From the NCBI GenBank assembly GCA_965203445.1, contig OZ241883.1, positions 288,001 to 352,000 of the forward strand: 64,000 nucleotides of DNA. The letters run 5' to 3'. Position 1 is the stretch's first letter; every line of letters starts with the position of its first letter. The stretch comes from Candidatus Oxydemutator sp. (GTDB lineage: Bacteria > Pseudomonadota > Gammaproteobacteria > Poriferisulfidales > Oxydemutatoraceae). The position numbers and the translations under genes are program-made. Positions 29,140-42,800 of the stretch are shown piece after piece. The notes beneath the pieces are model-generated. The model searched no databases. It saw nothing but the letters and a program-made list of their open reading frames with translations, and was not told the DNA's origin.

Positions 29140-30897
29140 TTATCGTGCGGTAAGCACCGGCGCCACCAGCGCGCTCCCCATCCCTCTCGGGTCGGACGCG
29201 GCGTCCAAAGTGCGCCGACGCCGGTCGTGCACGATTACCTGCATGTTGCCAAAGGCGCGCTCGCGCGGTTGCAGTTTGTGGCCGAAGGCCCGCAGTTGTC
29301 GCTGCACCCGCGGCGTCAACGCGCGCGGCTCGAAACTGATCTCGTCGGGCAGGTATTGGTGGTGGTAGCGCGGCGCAGCGACCATCGCCTCGGCGTCGGC
29401 GCCTTCGAGAAACCGCAATATCGCCAGCAGCACCATCGTGATGATGCGGCTGCCGCCGGGCGTGCCGATCACGGCGAGACGGCCGTCGTGCTTGACGAAC
29501 GTCGGCGACATGCTCGACAACATGCGCTTGCCGGGCGCGATCGCGTTGGCGTCGCCGCCGACGAGACCGTAGAGGTTCGGCGTCCCGGGCTTGGCCGCGA
29601 AATCGTCCATCTCGTCGTTCAGCAGAACACCGGTGCCCGCGACCATAAAACCGGAACCGAACGGATAATTGATCGACAGCGTCGCGGCGACGCGGTTGCC
29701 GTCGGCGTCGAGAATCGAGTAATGCGTCGTGTCCTCGCCTCGCGGCGCGCCCGCGGGCGGGGCGGCAAGCGGAGCGGCAGCGGGCGTCGCGCGCCCGGGC
29801 GCTATGGTCGCGGCCAGCGCGGCGGCGTGCTCGGCGCTCAGAAGACGCGCGACGGGCACCGCCACGTAGTCGGGATCGCCCATGTGTTCGGCGCGGTCGC
29901 GGTAGGCGCGCCGCATCGCCTCGACGACGTGGTGGACGCGCTCGGCCTCGCCCATCGCGACCAGATCGAAGCGCGCCAGCTGATTCAGCATTATGCCCAA
30001 CACGAGACCGCCGGACGAAGGCGGCGCCGCGCTGACAATCTCGGCGCCGCGGTAGCGCACGCGCACCGGCTCGCGCTCGACCACGCGGTAGCGTTCGAGA
30101 TCCTCAAGCCGCCAGATACCGCCGCCGCGGCGCACGCCCGCGACCAGCCGCGCGGCCAGGGCGCCGCGATAGAAACCGCGCGCCCCCTGAGCGGCGATGC
30201 GCTCCAACGTCGCCGCCAGATCGGGCTGGACGATCCGGTAACCCGGCGGCGGCACCTGGCCGTCGTGCAGAAACACCGCGGCCGCGGCGGGCGACGCCGC
30301 CAGCGCCGCGAGGCGAAACTCGACGCGCGCGCGATAGATGGCATCTGCCGCAAATCCCTCCCGCGCCAGGCGAATTGCGGGTGCGAGACTGCGCGCGAGC
30401 GGCAGCCTGCCGTAGTCGCGCGCGAGATGCCAGAGCGCCGCCGGCACCCCCGGAATCCCGGCGGCCAGCGCGCCGTCCACCGAGGCGCCCTCGACAACCT
30501 CGCCGTCGTCGCCTATATACAAGTTCCGGTGGGCGTCAAGCGGCGCGCGCTCGCGCGCGTCCAGCATCACGGTCTTGCCGTCGGTCGCGCGATGCAACAG
30601 CCAGAAGCCGCCGCCGCCGAGACCCGACGAATATGGCTCGACGACCGCGAGTGCCGCGGCCGCGGCGACCGCCGCGTCGAAGGCGTTGCCACCTTGCCTG
30701 AGAATTGCGAAAGCGGCGCTGGTCGCGAGCGGATGCGCCGTCGCCACCGCGGCCACGCGCGGCGCATCCGCGTCCTGCGCCGTCGCCGGCGGCATCGGCG
30801 CCGCGACACTACCGCAAAAGACCAATATCGCGGCGCGCGAAGACCTCGCCAAAAGGCGCACAAAAGGCGGGATTGCGAGTGGGCGTGCGAGTGTCAC
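29140..30897 (-). CDS. ggt: Gamma-glutamyltransferase
   Basis: [24 protein letters not shown] autocleavage Thr, [26 protein letters not shown]. Confidence 0.96.
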   Translation of the reverse strand: MTLARPLAIPPFVRLLARSSRAAILVFCGSVAAPMPPATAQDADAPRVAAVATAHPLATSAAFAILRQGGNAFDAAVAAAAALAVVEPYSSGLGGGGFWLLHRATDGKTVMLDARERAPLDAHRNLYIGDDGEVVEGASVDGALAAGIPGVPAALWHLARDYGRLPLARSLAPAIRLAREGFAADAIYRARVEFRLAALAASPAAAAVFLHDGQVPPPGYRIVQPDLAATLERIAAQGARGFYRGALAARLVAGVRRGGGIWRLEDLERYRVVEREPVRVRYRGAEIVSAAPPSSGGLVLGIMLNQLARFDLVAMGEAERVHHVVEAMRRAYRDRAEHMGDPDYVAVPVARLLSAEHAAALAATIAPGRATPAAAPLAAPPAGAPRGEDTTHYSILDADGNRVAATLSINYPFGSGFMVAGTGVLLNDEMDDFAAKPGTPNLYGLVGGDANAIAPGKRMLSSMSPTFVKHDGRLAVIGTPGGSRIITMVLLAILRFLEGADAEAMVAAPRYHHQYLPDEISFEPRALTPRVQRQLRAFGHKLQPRERAFGNMQVIVHDRRRRTLDAASDPRGMGSALVAPVLTAR

Positions 30898-31379
30898 CGA
30901 CGCTCGTGCTTGCGCTTCATCGCCGCCTCGACCGACGGCGCGACGAAAGCCGAGACGTCGCCGCCCAGTTCGGAGATCTCGCGCACCAGGCCGGAAGAGA
31001 TAAAAGCGTGCTCGTCGGAAGGCATCATAAAGACCGACTCCAACTCGTCGTCGAGCTTGCGGTTCATCCCCGCCAACTGGAACTCGTACTCAAAATCGGA
31101 CACCGCGCGCAAGCCGCGCAAAATCACGCTGGCCGCGTGCTCCCGCGCGAAGTTCACGAGCAATCCGTCGAAGCCGCGCACTTCGACCCCCGAGTAGCGC
31201 GAGAGCACGTCGCACGCGAGCGCCACGCGTTCGTCGTCGCTGAAAAAAGTTCGCTTGCCGGAGGCGACGGCGACACCGACGATGATACGGTCGAACAACG
31301 GCGCGGCGCGACGCACCAAGTCGGCGTGCCCATTGGTAACCGGATCGAACGTTCCCGGATAGACGGCGATCAAAGCCAT
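30894..31379 (-). CDS. coaD: Phosphopantetheine adenylyltransferase
   Basis: [33 protein letters not shown]. Confidence 0.97.
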   Translation of the reverse strand: MALIAVYPGTFDPVTNGHADLVRRAAPLFDRIIVGVAVASGKRTFFSDDERVALACDVLSRYSGVEVRGFDGLLVNFAREHAASVILRGLRAVSDFEYEFQLAGMNRKLDDELESVFMMPSDEHAFISSGLVREISELGGDVSAFVAPSVEAAMKRKHERR

Positions 31380-31502
31380 GGCGGTATTATGCCGACAACC
31401 GAATTTTTAACGACGGAACTATGGTCATAGCATGATTTGCCGTTGGCGGGCGTGCCGCTCTGATTGGCGGCGCTCACCCAAACCAGCCGCCACAAAACGC
31501 CC

Positions 31503-34500
31503 TTATTCTCGCGCCGCAGTCTCCGTCGGCGGGCGCTGACGGCTGACGTCATGGCCGCCGTAGCGCAGCACCGGGTACTGGGTGCTCGTGCCGAAGTCCC
31601 ACGGGTTGTCGCCACCCGCCACGCCGTCCAGGTTCACGTTCCAGGCGGCGTAGATTCCGGTGTAGGCCGTCGGCGCGCGCAACTCGGAGGTGCTCTTGCC
31701 CACACCACCGCGACTCGTTGACTGACCGGAGGTATCGGTGTTCCAGTAACTGTTGGTTACTGTTCCGCTGTCGAATGCTCCTCCTACGAGGCCGCCTGCC
31801 CACGACCGCCACCACGACCACCCGCTGACCGCCCCCGTCGCGTAACTGGCGGCTATCTTCCCCTGGTTCCCCCCTACGAGGCCCCCCTTATAACTCTCCC
31901 CATCGACCGCCCCCGTCGCGTAACTGGCGACTATCTCGCCAGAGTTATCCCCTATGAGACCGCCTGTCTCGAACCTCCCGTTAACCGCCCCCGTCGCGTA
32001 ATTTGCATATATCTTTCCTCCCGGGCGGTTAATTCCCACGAAGCCACCTGTTGACCATCCCGTGGCCCTAACCGTCCCTTTCGCGCAGCTGGCGCTTATC
32101 GTCCCGCTATTCCTCCCCACAAAACCACCTACGTAGTAATACCCCCTGACTACGCCCTGCGCGCAGCTGGCACTTATGCTCCCTTTGTTACGACCTGCCA
32201 CACCCCCGACGTTGTAGTTCCCCTCGACATTCACGCTGAGCAACTTCACTTGTGTAATACTGCTCGAGTCGTCAAGATAGCCGAACAGACCGATATAATC
32301 GCGGCTCCGTCGTTTGATGTATAAATTGGAAATGCCGTGGCCGTTGCCGTCAAAAATGGCAGCATATCTGTTGCTGATGCCGCCAACGGGCTCCCAACCG
32401 GCGCCACCGTTGTAATACAGATCGTCGGTGCGGGTCCGATAGCCGGTGTTGAAGTTCAGGGCGGTCATCAGTTCGTAGCCCTTGCAACCCACGACGACAC
32501 CGGTGGTCGGGCAGCCCATTCCTGCCATCGCTCTTGGAAAAGCAGGCGCGTAGGATGGATAATCGGCCGCGCCGTCCGGCGTGCCGTCGCCGTTCAAGTC
32601 CCAGCGTATCGCGTGCAACTGGCTCAGGCTTCTTATTTCGATGAGACCGTTGTTATTACTATCGTAGTCTCTTGACCCCGTCACCGCGATAGTGAAAGTC
32701 AGCGTCGTCGCGTCACCATCGGAGTCGGCCGCCGTCCAGGTGTACGTCGCCGTCGTAAAAGCCGTCGCCGCCACGCCGGACAGCGTTCGCGTACCTGCGT
32801 CAAGCGACAAACCAAGCGGCAGCGCCAGCGTCGCCGCACTCCCTGGGCCCGTCAGCGCGTAGCGCAACGCGCCGTTACCTCCACGCGCCTCCGGCAGCAT
32901 CTTGCGAACCGATTGTTCGCCGGCCACGTATATCTGCCGCGCTATCGTCGCCACGCCGAACGAGGGATGCAGGTCCATCCGACCGACCACGATGACATAG
33001 GCCGTGGCCGAACCGTCCTGCGCCGTTACTCTCACCGTGCTGACGGTGTCTCTATCCGAGTTCAGCAAGACTTGATGACCTATGGCGGTGTCGGCATCTG
33101 GCGGCGCATACGCTACCGTCGCCCCGGTAGATGCAGCCGTCGCCGCTATCGTCACCCGGCCGGTGCTGCTGCCCGCAGTGGCAAAGTAGGAAGTAGTACC
33201 GGCATCGAAGGACGGCGACAATGGCAATGCAGCGCCGGCGCCGGGCATCGCGTTGCGGATGCTCAACGCGCTCAACCTGCTGTCAGCGGAAATCGCCGGC
33301 TGGACTGCTTGCTGCAACGCCAGCGACGTCGTGCTGTGGCCATACCGCAATATCGGATATTGGGCTCGTGTACCGAAGTCCCACGGATTGTCGGCGCCCA
33401 CCACGCCGTCCAGGTCCACGTTCCAGGCGGCGTAAATCCCGGTGTACGCCGTGGGCGAACGCAACTCGAAGGTCTTCTTGCCCGTACCACCGGCACTCTC
33501 TGTCTGACTGGAAGCCCTGGTATCCCAGTAACTGTTGATCGTTACTGCTCCGTAACCGTTGAGGCTTCTGCTCGACCCTACGAGGCCTCCTGTATTCCGA
33601 CTCCCATTGACCGCCCCCGTCGCGTAACTGGCGACTATCTCGCCATTATTTTCACCTACGAGGCCTCCTATATTCCAACTTCCATTGACCGCCCCCATCG
33701 CGTAACTGGCGACTATCTCGCCATCATTTTCACCTGTGAGACCGCCTAATCTCGAATTTCCATTGACCGCACCTGTCGCGTAACTAACGGTTATCTTGCC
33801 ATGCTCCCACCCTACGAGGCCGCCCACAGTCGAACTCCCATTGACCGCCCCCGTCGCATAACTGGCAGTTATCTCGCCAGTGTCCCGCCCTATGAGGCCG
33901 CCTACATGCGAACTCCCGTCGACCGCCCCCGTCGCATAACTGGCAGTTATCTCGCCGGAGTTCGACCCTACGAGGCCGCCCACAGTCTCCCCCTCGCTGA
34001 CCGTCCCTGTCGCGCAACTGGCAGTTATCTTGCCAGAGTTCCACCCTACGAGGCCGCCCACATTCGACGGAAACGGCTGATACAACCGCCCTTTGACCGC
34101 CCCCGTCACGCAGCTGGCATTTATACTCCCTCTGTTACGACCTGCCACCCCCCCAACATGGATGCGCCCCTCAGCGTCCACATTGAGCAACTTTACTCGT
34201 GTAACATTGCTCGAGTCGGCAAGACGACCAAACAGACCGATATAATCGTGGTTTCGTCGTCTAATGTATACATTGGAAATGCTGTGGCCATTGCCGTCAA
34301 ACGTCGCGGCATACATAGGATCGGATGAACTGCAGGAATACAAATACGTTCCGCTACAAGGGGCGATAGGTTCCCAGCCTTTGCCGCCGTTGTAGTAGAG
34401 GTCATCGGTGCGGGTGCCCGTAGTGCCGGTGTTGAAGTCCAGATCGGCAGCCAATTCGTAGCCTTTGCATACGCCGCTGCTGGCGGAACTCCGGCGACAG

Positions 34501-36810
34501 CTTATTCCCGATGTCGCACCAGGAAAAGCGGCGGCGTAGCCGGCGACGTTGGTCGGATTCCTGCCGTCGCCGTCCAGGTCCCAACGCATCGCGTTCAGCT
34601 GCATAAGATTCTTAATCTCGATCAGGCCGTCCTGGTCGCTGTCGTAATCGAACACCGTGATCGGGAACGTCAGTGCCGCCACGTCGCCGTCCCTGTCGGT
34701 CGCCTTCCAGGTGTACGTCGCCGTCGTAAAGGCCGCCGTCGGCGTGCCCGACAACGTCCGCGTGCCCCTGTCCAACGACAAGCCGGGCGGCAGCGTCAGT
34801 GTCGCCGTGCTCCCCGGACCCGTCAGCGCGTAACCCAACGTGCCGTTACCCTCGTCCGCCGCCGGCAGCGTCTTGTGAACCGGCCCGCCGACCACGTATA
34901 TCTGCCGCGCTATCGTCGTAGCGCCGAACGACGGGAGACTGTCCGGCTGCCTTACCGTGACGACGTAGGTGGTAACCGAACCGTCCTGCGCCGTTACCGA
35001 CACCATGATGGCGGTGTCGCCGCCGATGGTCAGCGCGACTTGGCGGCCGGCGGTGGCGGTGGCGGCGTCCGCCGTGCTCAACGCGACCGTCGCCCTGGAA
35101 TGCGATGCCGTCGCCGACACCGTTACCCGTTCGGCGTCAACGTCCACCGGGACGGTATAGGAAGTAACCCCGCCCTCAAAGCCCCGTAACAGGTTCGGCA
35201 GCGTCGCGACGCTGGCACCGGCCGTAACGCGCAATTCGCGCAACGAAGCATCGGTGGAAATCGTCGGCTGACCAGCCTTCTGCGACGCCACCGACGTACT
35301 GCTGAAGCCATATCGCAGCACCGGATACTGGGTGCTCGTGCCGAAGTCCCACGGATCGTCGCCGCCCGCCACGCCGTCCGCGTCCACGTTCCAGGCCGCG
35401 TAGATTCCGGTGTACGTCGTCGGCGCGCGCAACTCGAAGGTCTTCTGGCCCATGCCGCCGTCGCTTCCTGACTGACCGGAAGTCCTGGTATCCCAGTAAC
35501 TGTTGTATACAGACCCGATGTACCCCGGATATCTATATATTCCGAAGGGGCGAAATCTGGGGTATTTAAGACCCACCAGGCCACCCGTGTAGCTACTCCC
35601 GGTCACCTTCCCCATCGAGTAGCTAGCGACTATCGTTCCGTCACCATTGTTCCCCGCCAGGCCACCCGTATCTTCATGCCCAGACACTCTACCCGTCGCG
35701 TAACTGGCAACTATCATTCCTCCGTTCGTCCCCGCCAAGCCACCTGTCTGCCTATGCCCGGAAACTTCCCCCGTCGCATAACTGGCGGTTATCCAGCCAC
35801 TATTCGATCCCACGAGACCACCCGCTCGCTCTCTCCCAGAAACTGTCCCTGTCGAATAGCTGGCAATTATCCTCCCACCCCAGTTATACCCTACCAAACC
35901 GCCGATTTGGGATGCCCCATTGACCATAGCCATTGAGTGGCTGCCGATTATCCTTCCTTCTCGATTAACCCCCACCAAGCCGCCCGCGCTGTGGCCTGTG
36001 CCAGCGACGGAACCAGAAATGTAGCTGGTGCTTATCGTGCCATGGTTACGACCCACCAGACCACCGACATAGCCGTACGCGGAAACCGCCACGTCGAGCA
36101 GACCCACCCCCGCTATTCTCCCCGTAAGATGGCCAAACAAGCCTACTTTGCTCTGACGGCTGCGGGCAATAAACAGATTGGAAAGAGTATGGCCATTGCC
36201 TTGAAAAACACCGAAATAGGAATTCGTGGAATCACTGCCGATAGGATTCCAGCCCGCGCCGTTGTTGTAATACAGGTCGTCGGTGCGGGTGCTGGCATCG
36301 CCAGTGTTGAAGTTCAGAGCGGTGACCAGCTCGTAGCCTCTGCATGCGTCGGTTGTGGCGGAACTCCGGCGACAGCTGATTCCCGACGACGCGCCCGGGA
36401 AGGCGGCGGCGTAGCCGGCGACGTTGGTCGGATTCCTGCCGTCGCCGTCCAGATCCCAACGCATCGCGTTCAGCTGAGCCAGGTTCTTAATCTCGATCAG
36501 GCCGTCCTCGTCGCTGTCGTAATCGAGCACCGTGATCGGGAACGTCAGCGTCGCGCCATCGCCGTCCTCGTCGGTCGCCGTCCAGGTGTACGTCGCCGTC
36601 GTAAAGGCCGCCGTCGGCGTGCCCGACAACGTCCGCGTGCCCCTGTCGAAAGACAAGCCGGGCGGCAGCGTCTCCGCGTTCCCCGGACCCGTCAGCCCGT
36701 AACCCAATGTTCCGTTGCCGCTGCTCGCCGTGGGCAGGATCAGGGAAGTAATGCGCCTGTGGATCACGTAGGTTTGCGTCGCTATCGTCGCGCCGCCGAA
36801 GTCCGGGCGC
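31503..36810 (-). repeat. Three ~1.5-2.0 kb intragenic module repeats (~36810-34940, ~34940-32972, ~32972-31503)
   Basis: Shared DNA such as ccaggtgtacgtcgccgtcgtaaaggccgccgtcggcgtgcccgacaacgtccgcgtgcccctgtc near 34707 and 36582. ccgaagtcccacgg occurs near 31591, 33373 and 35341. Confidence 0.9.
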
Positions 36811-39800
36811 ACGTCCGGAAACTCGCCCTGCAACGTCAGCGTGTACGGGTTCCGACGGGGATCGGGGTCGTTGCTGACCATGGTCAAAGTCCCCTCGCTG
36901 GTCGTATTCTCTCTCGGATTCAGCGATAAGCGCAATTCCCGCGTGATCGTTGTGGCGGCGGCTATCGTTGCGGTGCCGGTGTCGTTCAAGCTGAAACCGG
37001 CGCCGGTTACCTGGATCGAGTCCAGCACAAGATCCCGGAAGTGGCCCGTGTTTCTGATCGTCAGCGTCGCGGTCTCCGTGCCAGCCCATACTTTGCCAAA
37101 GTCGTAGGTGTTGCCCGATGCGTAAATCTTGCCGTTGACCTGGACTTCTATCTCCGGCCAGATGATCAACGCTCTCAGGGTCTTCGTCGGCGGCGCGCCG
37201 TGGTAGTTGCTTATGATTTGCAACTCTTTCCTGTGCGCAAATCGGACCCTGTGCTGCTGCTCCACCGCCCGCAAATGAACGTCCCACGTGTGCGAACTGC
37301 CGGACGTGATGGTGGTAGGGAAGGAACCCTCGATGGTGTACGGGGAGTTGCGGTCGTAACGAGAGGGAACGTCGAGCGCGCGGACTACCAGGTCGGCGTT
37401 ACCGTCGTTTTCGACCGTAACCCGCACCGTCGCCGTCGTTCCGTACGGCACGTCGGGCAGGTCGCAGAACGACGATGTTTCCGTGCAACCGGAGTACGTG
37501 ACATCCGGGATGGGGCCGGCACCGACGCCAGTCAGATTGACCCGCGCGGTCGCGTCCGGGTGGTCGCCAGTGAACGTGAGCGTCGCCGCATACGTCGTCG
37601 CCACGACGCGTGGCGTGAAGCGCACGTCCCACGTGGCGGTCGAACCGGCGGCGATGGATTGCGTGGCGGAAGACACCAGGCTATAGGCATCGTCCGCATC
37701 GGCCAGAGCCGACGTGACGAGCAACCGCTCGGCACTGTTGTTGGTTACGATCAACGTTCCCATTTGCGCGGTGGTAACGTTCACAAGTCCGAGATCGCAC
37801 GTCCGCGCCCGTGTCGTCGAACGGCATCCGCCGCCGAAGCCGACTTCCATCAGCGGCAGGCGCCGGCTGCCGTGGAGACGGATTGTGTGCGTGGCCACGG
37901 CGGAGCCGGAGGTGGTGAGCGTCAGCGTCTCGGTGTAGGCGCCCGGATCTGTCGGGCGGAACTCGACGGTAATACTCTTAGGCTCAGGGTCATTTTGGGT
38001 TATCAGATACTTTGGATACACATCGGTGCTTAAGCGAAAAACCCCGCTGCCGGTCGTAAGATCAGCGGCAACCCACAAGTCCTCGTTGCCGATGTTTTTC
38101 AGGTGCACCTTCACATTGGTGGATACCATGACGCCGTCGCTGGCGACTATGGTTCCAACGTTGTGCGTGGTGGCTTTGCTCAAAACGTAGCGGCGGTTGT
38201 CATCGGCGCCAATCGAAGCCAGCAGCAGCGGGCCGCGTCCCTTGCCTCTCAAGCGCACGGTGTGCTTGGGCGCGTTCGAGTGAATGGTCAATACCGCGTT
38301 GTCCTCGGCGGACGGCACGCGCGGCGAAAAAGCCACAGTAAGGGGCGTCGAATCGCCAGGTTCCAGTTCGCGCGTGTCGCGCGTGTCGCTCGTGACCGTA
38401 TAGGCCATCCCGCGACGCTCGTTCAACCATCGTTCGACGTCCTCATTGGGCGCGGACACCGCGGGAACAAAATCGCCGGGCGTCACGACGATGGACTGGA
38501 TTCTGAGCGGCGCGGTGCCGATATTTCCGATGGTTACTATCTGGCGATCTGTGCGACCCACTCGCGCATTAAAAGGAGGCCCGAAGATGATAGGAATAGC
38601 CTCAACACCACGCCCCTCCAGACTCAACCGCCACTCGCCCCGCTCGCGGTCGTCGCTGCGAACCGTCAACTCCCCGGCATGGGTCGTCGTGTCCTTGGGC
38701 GAGAAGCGCAGCCGCCACGTGTGCGAGGCGCCCGCGGCTATCGTCGCGCCGCCACCGCCGCCGACGACGCTGAAACCGGTGCCGCTCGTTTCCAGCGAAC
38801 GGACGACAAGCGCCCGGCCCGTCCCCGTGTTCGTTACAACCACCGGCACGGTCAGGCTCGTGCCCTTCTCCACCTTACCGAAGTCGTAGGCACCGACGTC
38901 CGATGAATAAGACCGACCGTCTACCGACACCTCCATGTCGGACCAGACGACGCCGCAAATCAGAACCTGCTGCGGAAACATCGCACGGTCGTTGCTCATT
39001 ATGCTCAACTCCGCATTCCGTGAACCACGGAATCGAAATTTCGGAATACAACTCACGTCCCAACGGTCGGGAACCCCAACTGGAATGGTAGCGGTAGCAG
39101 GGCCATCGAGATGGTAATCGCGGCCATAACGTTGGTTCACCGAAATCGAACTGATCACAAGAGCCTGGTTCCCCTCGTTGTCGATCTCCACCCGCACCGT
39201 CCTCGTTGTGCCCACGGTCACGTCGTCCAAATAACAATAATGGTATTCCTTGCCATCATACCCGGGCATATTGTCCTCATCGCTGCAACCCCAATACCGG
39301 ATCACCATCTTCGGGCCGACGCCATGGCCGTCCAGGTGCACCGTACGCGAACTCAACGCCGGATCGTTGCTCTCGAAAACCAGCGCACCGGCGTAACTCG
39401 TAGCCGCGACCGGCGGACTGAAATGCAAAGTCCACGTGCCGGTGGAACCGGAATCGAGCAGGCGATCCGCGGGGCCGGCCAGACGATACACACCGCCCGA
39501 GACCGTCGGCGTTACCCGCAACGCCTCCTCGCCGACGTTGCCGACGATGACCTTCACCGACGATGTGCCGCCGGCGAGAACGCCACCGAAATCGCACGTC
39601 CGCGTCATCGTCGCATAGCGGCAACCCGCAAAACCCGTCAACACCAGCGCCGGCGCCGTGCCGGTGCCCGCAAGCCGCACCTGGTAGGGTTTGCCCCCAA
39701 GATGATTGCTGGTGATCGTCAGCGTCGTCTCGTGCACGCCACGGCGCGGCGGACGGAAAGACACGTGCAGCGTCGTCGAGGCCTCGGGCCCCACCGTGAA

Positions 39801-42800
39801 GGTGGCGCTGCTCGACCACGCGAACGACGACGTGCTCGCCAACGCGACGCCGCTTACCTGCAATGCTATTTCGTCGGCGTCTGCGTCGGTGTTGGAGACA
39901 ACCACCAGCACCGACGTGCTGTCGCCGACCGACTGATCCTCGAAGGAATACCGGCCCGCGTCCTGGAGCGTAACGCCGTCTATCGAGACGGCCAGGTCCG
40001 CGCCGATGCCCCGGCCTTCCAGAGCCACTTTCGGTTTGCCATTCTCATTCTCCGGATCGTTGTTGTTGATAGTCAGCATGATGCCGTTTGGGGTCGGGCC
40101 GTACCCGCTCGGCGAAAAATGCACCTGCCACGTAGAGGACCCTCCCACCTCGATGGTTGCCGAACTGGGGCCGTGCACGGTGAAATCGTCGCCCGCTACC
40201 ACTACCGAAGAAATCTCCAGCGCCTCCCCGCGACCCGCGTTGGTTATCGTCAGCGTCGTGGACGTCTCCTGGCCGACTTCCACGTCGCCAAATTTGCATA
40301 TGCCGCCGTCGGCTTTGACGGCGGGACACACGGCAAGCTCGAACCGCATCTTCGGCGCAAACGCCTCCCCGCGCAGCACTATCGTATAGGTGGTTCGCGC
40401 CGGAAGCGGATCGTCGCTGATGATCGTCAATTCCGTTCGCGCGTCTTCGCGAAAACTCGCGCGCGGCGCAAACGACAGCACGAAGGACGCGCTGCTCATC
40501 TCCCCGATGTGATGGGGTGCTGAAGAACCGCCGCCGGCCTCCTGAATCGAAAACAGACCACTGCCGACGGTCAGACTCTTGATCTCCAGGACAGCGTCGC
40601 CGTGGTTGCCGATTTCCATGGTGCGCGTCGCGCTGCTGCCCGAACGCACTCTCCCGAATGAATAGGCGCCACCCGGGAAAACGCGCAACACCGGCGCCAC
40701 GCCCCGGCCCTCCAGCCGCACCTCGTTCCCCTCAGTGTTGTAGGCGTTGCTGGCAAAGGCCAGCGTCGCCGTCGCCACACCGCGTCGCTTCGGGCGAAAC
40801 TGAAAACGGTATGAATGCCTTGGCGACATTATCGTGAACATATTCGTCCGCCACGAGGAATCCATCGGACTGAACCAAAATTGATCAGAGGGGTCCGTCT
40901 CCACGCCTGTTATATTCAACGTCTGGTTGCCCAGGTTTCTTACCCACACGTGGAAAACACTTGTGCGATTCACGCGCGTGGCGGAAACCTCTCTGTCTTC
41001 GATCAATATCTTCGGCCCAACCCCGAATCCGGTAAGCGATACCGTCCAATCGGGTATAGAGGCGCCCCTCTCGCTGCCGCGTATCGTCAAATCCGCCTCA
41101 TGCGCGCGCGACCCGTGCTCGGCCGGTTTGAACACCAACGGGGTTTCATACTCGGCACCGGCCGCGATGGTGGGCGAAGTGCCCGCGTCCGATCCGACCC
41201 CCGGCAGGGAAAAACCCTCGTTGTCAGGTCGCAACGTGAAATCAACGCTCAGTGCCTTCTCGCCGCGGTTCCATAGTTTGAGCGTCGCCGTCGAAGGTTT
41301 CCTGGCGACGACGTCTCCGGCGTCGTAGGTGCCGCTGGACTTGTACGCTTTGCCGTTGATATACACTTGCAGCCCGCCTTCCAGACGGACGTTCTTGATT
41401 ACCGGCGAGGTCGTCGGCGACAGCGACGTAAGCCGCGTCGCCCAACGCAGGTCGCCACCCGACCGCGGAAACCTGAAACTGCCGCCGGGACGCACCTGAT
41501 ACCAGCGCCCGCCCCCGTCGTTCGACAGATAGTAGGTGACGTCGGTGTTCGCCGGCTTGACCTCGGTCGTCGTCAGATGGATCAATGCCGGCACCACGCT
41601 ACCCATGTTGACCTTGCTCGATTCCACCCAGCCATGCCCGGTATCAAATAAGGTAGTGCTCGCAGCGGTTGTGGAGATACCCCCATTGAGGCATACCTTC
41701 CGCGTGTTGGTAGCAAGGCCAAGAACCGCGTCAATATCCATATCATCATCCAAATCACCTAAAGCTACAGCATGTGCTGCACCACCTAAGAAATTGTAAC
41801 CAGTGGTTTTGTACGTTCCTCTCTCATTCGAGTATATTATCGAAGTTCCAGCATTGTTTCCTTCGATCAAGTCCAAATCTCCATCGCTATCCATATCTGC
41901 CAACTGTACGTCCACGGTGCTATTGCCCGAACCGTTGATCTCGATGCCTGTATCGAAATAACTACGATCCGAACCGTTGTTCAGATACAAGGTGTTCCTT
42001 GCGCCATCGGTACCAGCCACGATGTCAAGTCTGCCGTCATTATTCACATCCCCAAGAGAAATGCTGCTCACCGAAGCGTCGTGTGAATACACCTCCTCGA
42101 ATGTCCAATTCCCAGTGTTGCGAAAAACCCTGAGCTTCGCTCCGCCACCGAGGACAAGATCGGCACGATCATCGCCATCAAAATCACCGCTTGCGATCAC
42201 CTTGTCGGCACCATTCGCAGAGAAACTGCCCCGCCGATCAACTTCCCCACGGCTGCTAATCTTGAATAGCAACACACCATCAAAGGCCGCCGACACCAAA
42301 TCTGGGCTATCGCCGTCGTCCACATGGATTATGACCAGATCATTGGAAGCCTGACCAGACATTTGGAAACCCTGCTCAAAACCACCATCCCCGTCATTCT
42401 TATAGAAAAACGGCAGGTAGTGTTGCTTCACCTTCTTGCGCGCCACTATATCTTTATTACCGTCCCTATCCAAGTCCAAAAATACCAAAGTGTCATGCGA
42501 ACCAGTGCTGACCTTAGCAGCCCTGAAGGAAATAGCGCCCGATGCTAAATCGGTGTAGAGTACGAAAAGCGCGTCGGAACTGCCGATGATCACATCGGCC
42601 ACAGCATCTCCGTCCACGTCCTGTAGCGCGATGTCGTGGATGGTGGCACTGCCCAAAGCAGAGAACTGCTGATAAACGGGATGAGCCACATCCTGAAAAG
42701 AATAGCTCCCTTTGTGCACACCACTTGCCGGCGCCAGGGTAATCCCCCGCTGCGATCCCTGCCCGGTCGAAACACGCGCGGTCGAACTGCTGATATTGAT

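Noticed and set aside
33560-34150. CRISPR-like periodic conserved/variable pattern
   Set aside because: The period is 78 bp, in frame within a long ORF. Units are degenerate, 'spacers' are related to each other, and there are no cas genes. These are GLUG coding repeats.
31503-36810. Diversity-generating retroelement target/template pair
   Set aside because: No reverse transcriptase in the window, all copies are coding, and differences include indels and are not visibly confined to adenines. A remote DGR cannot be excluded without the full genome.
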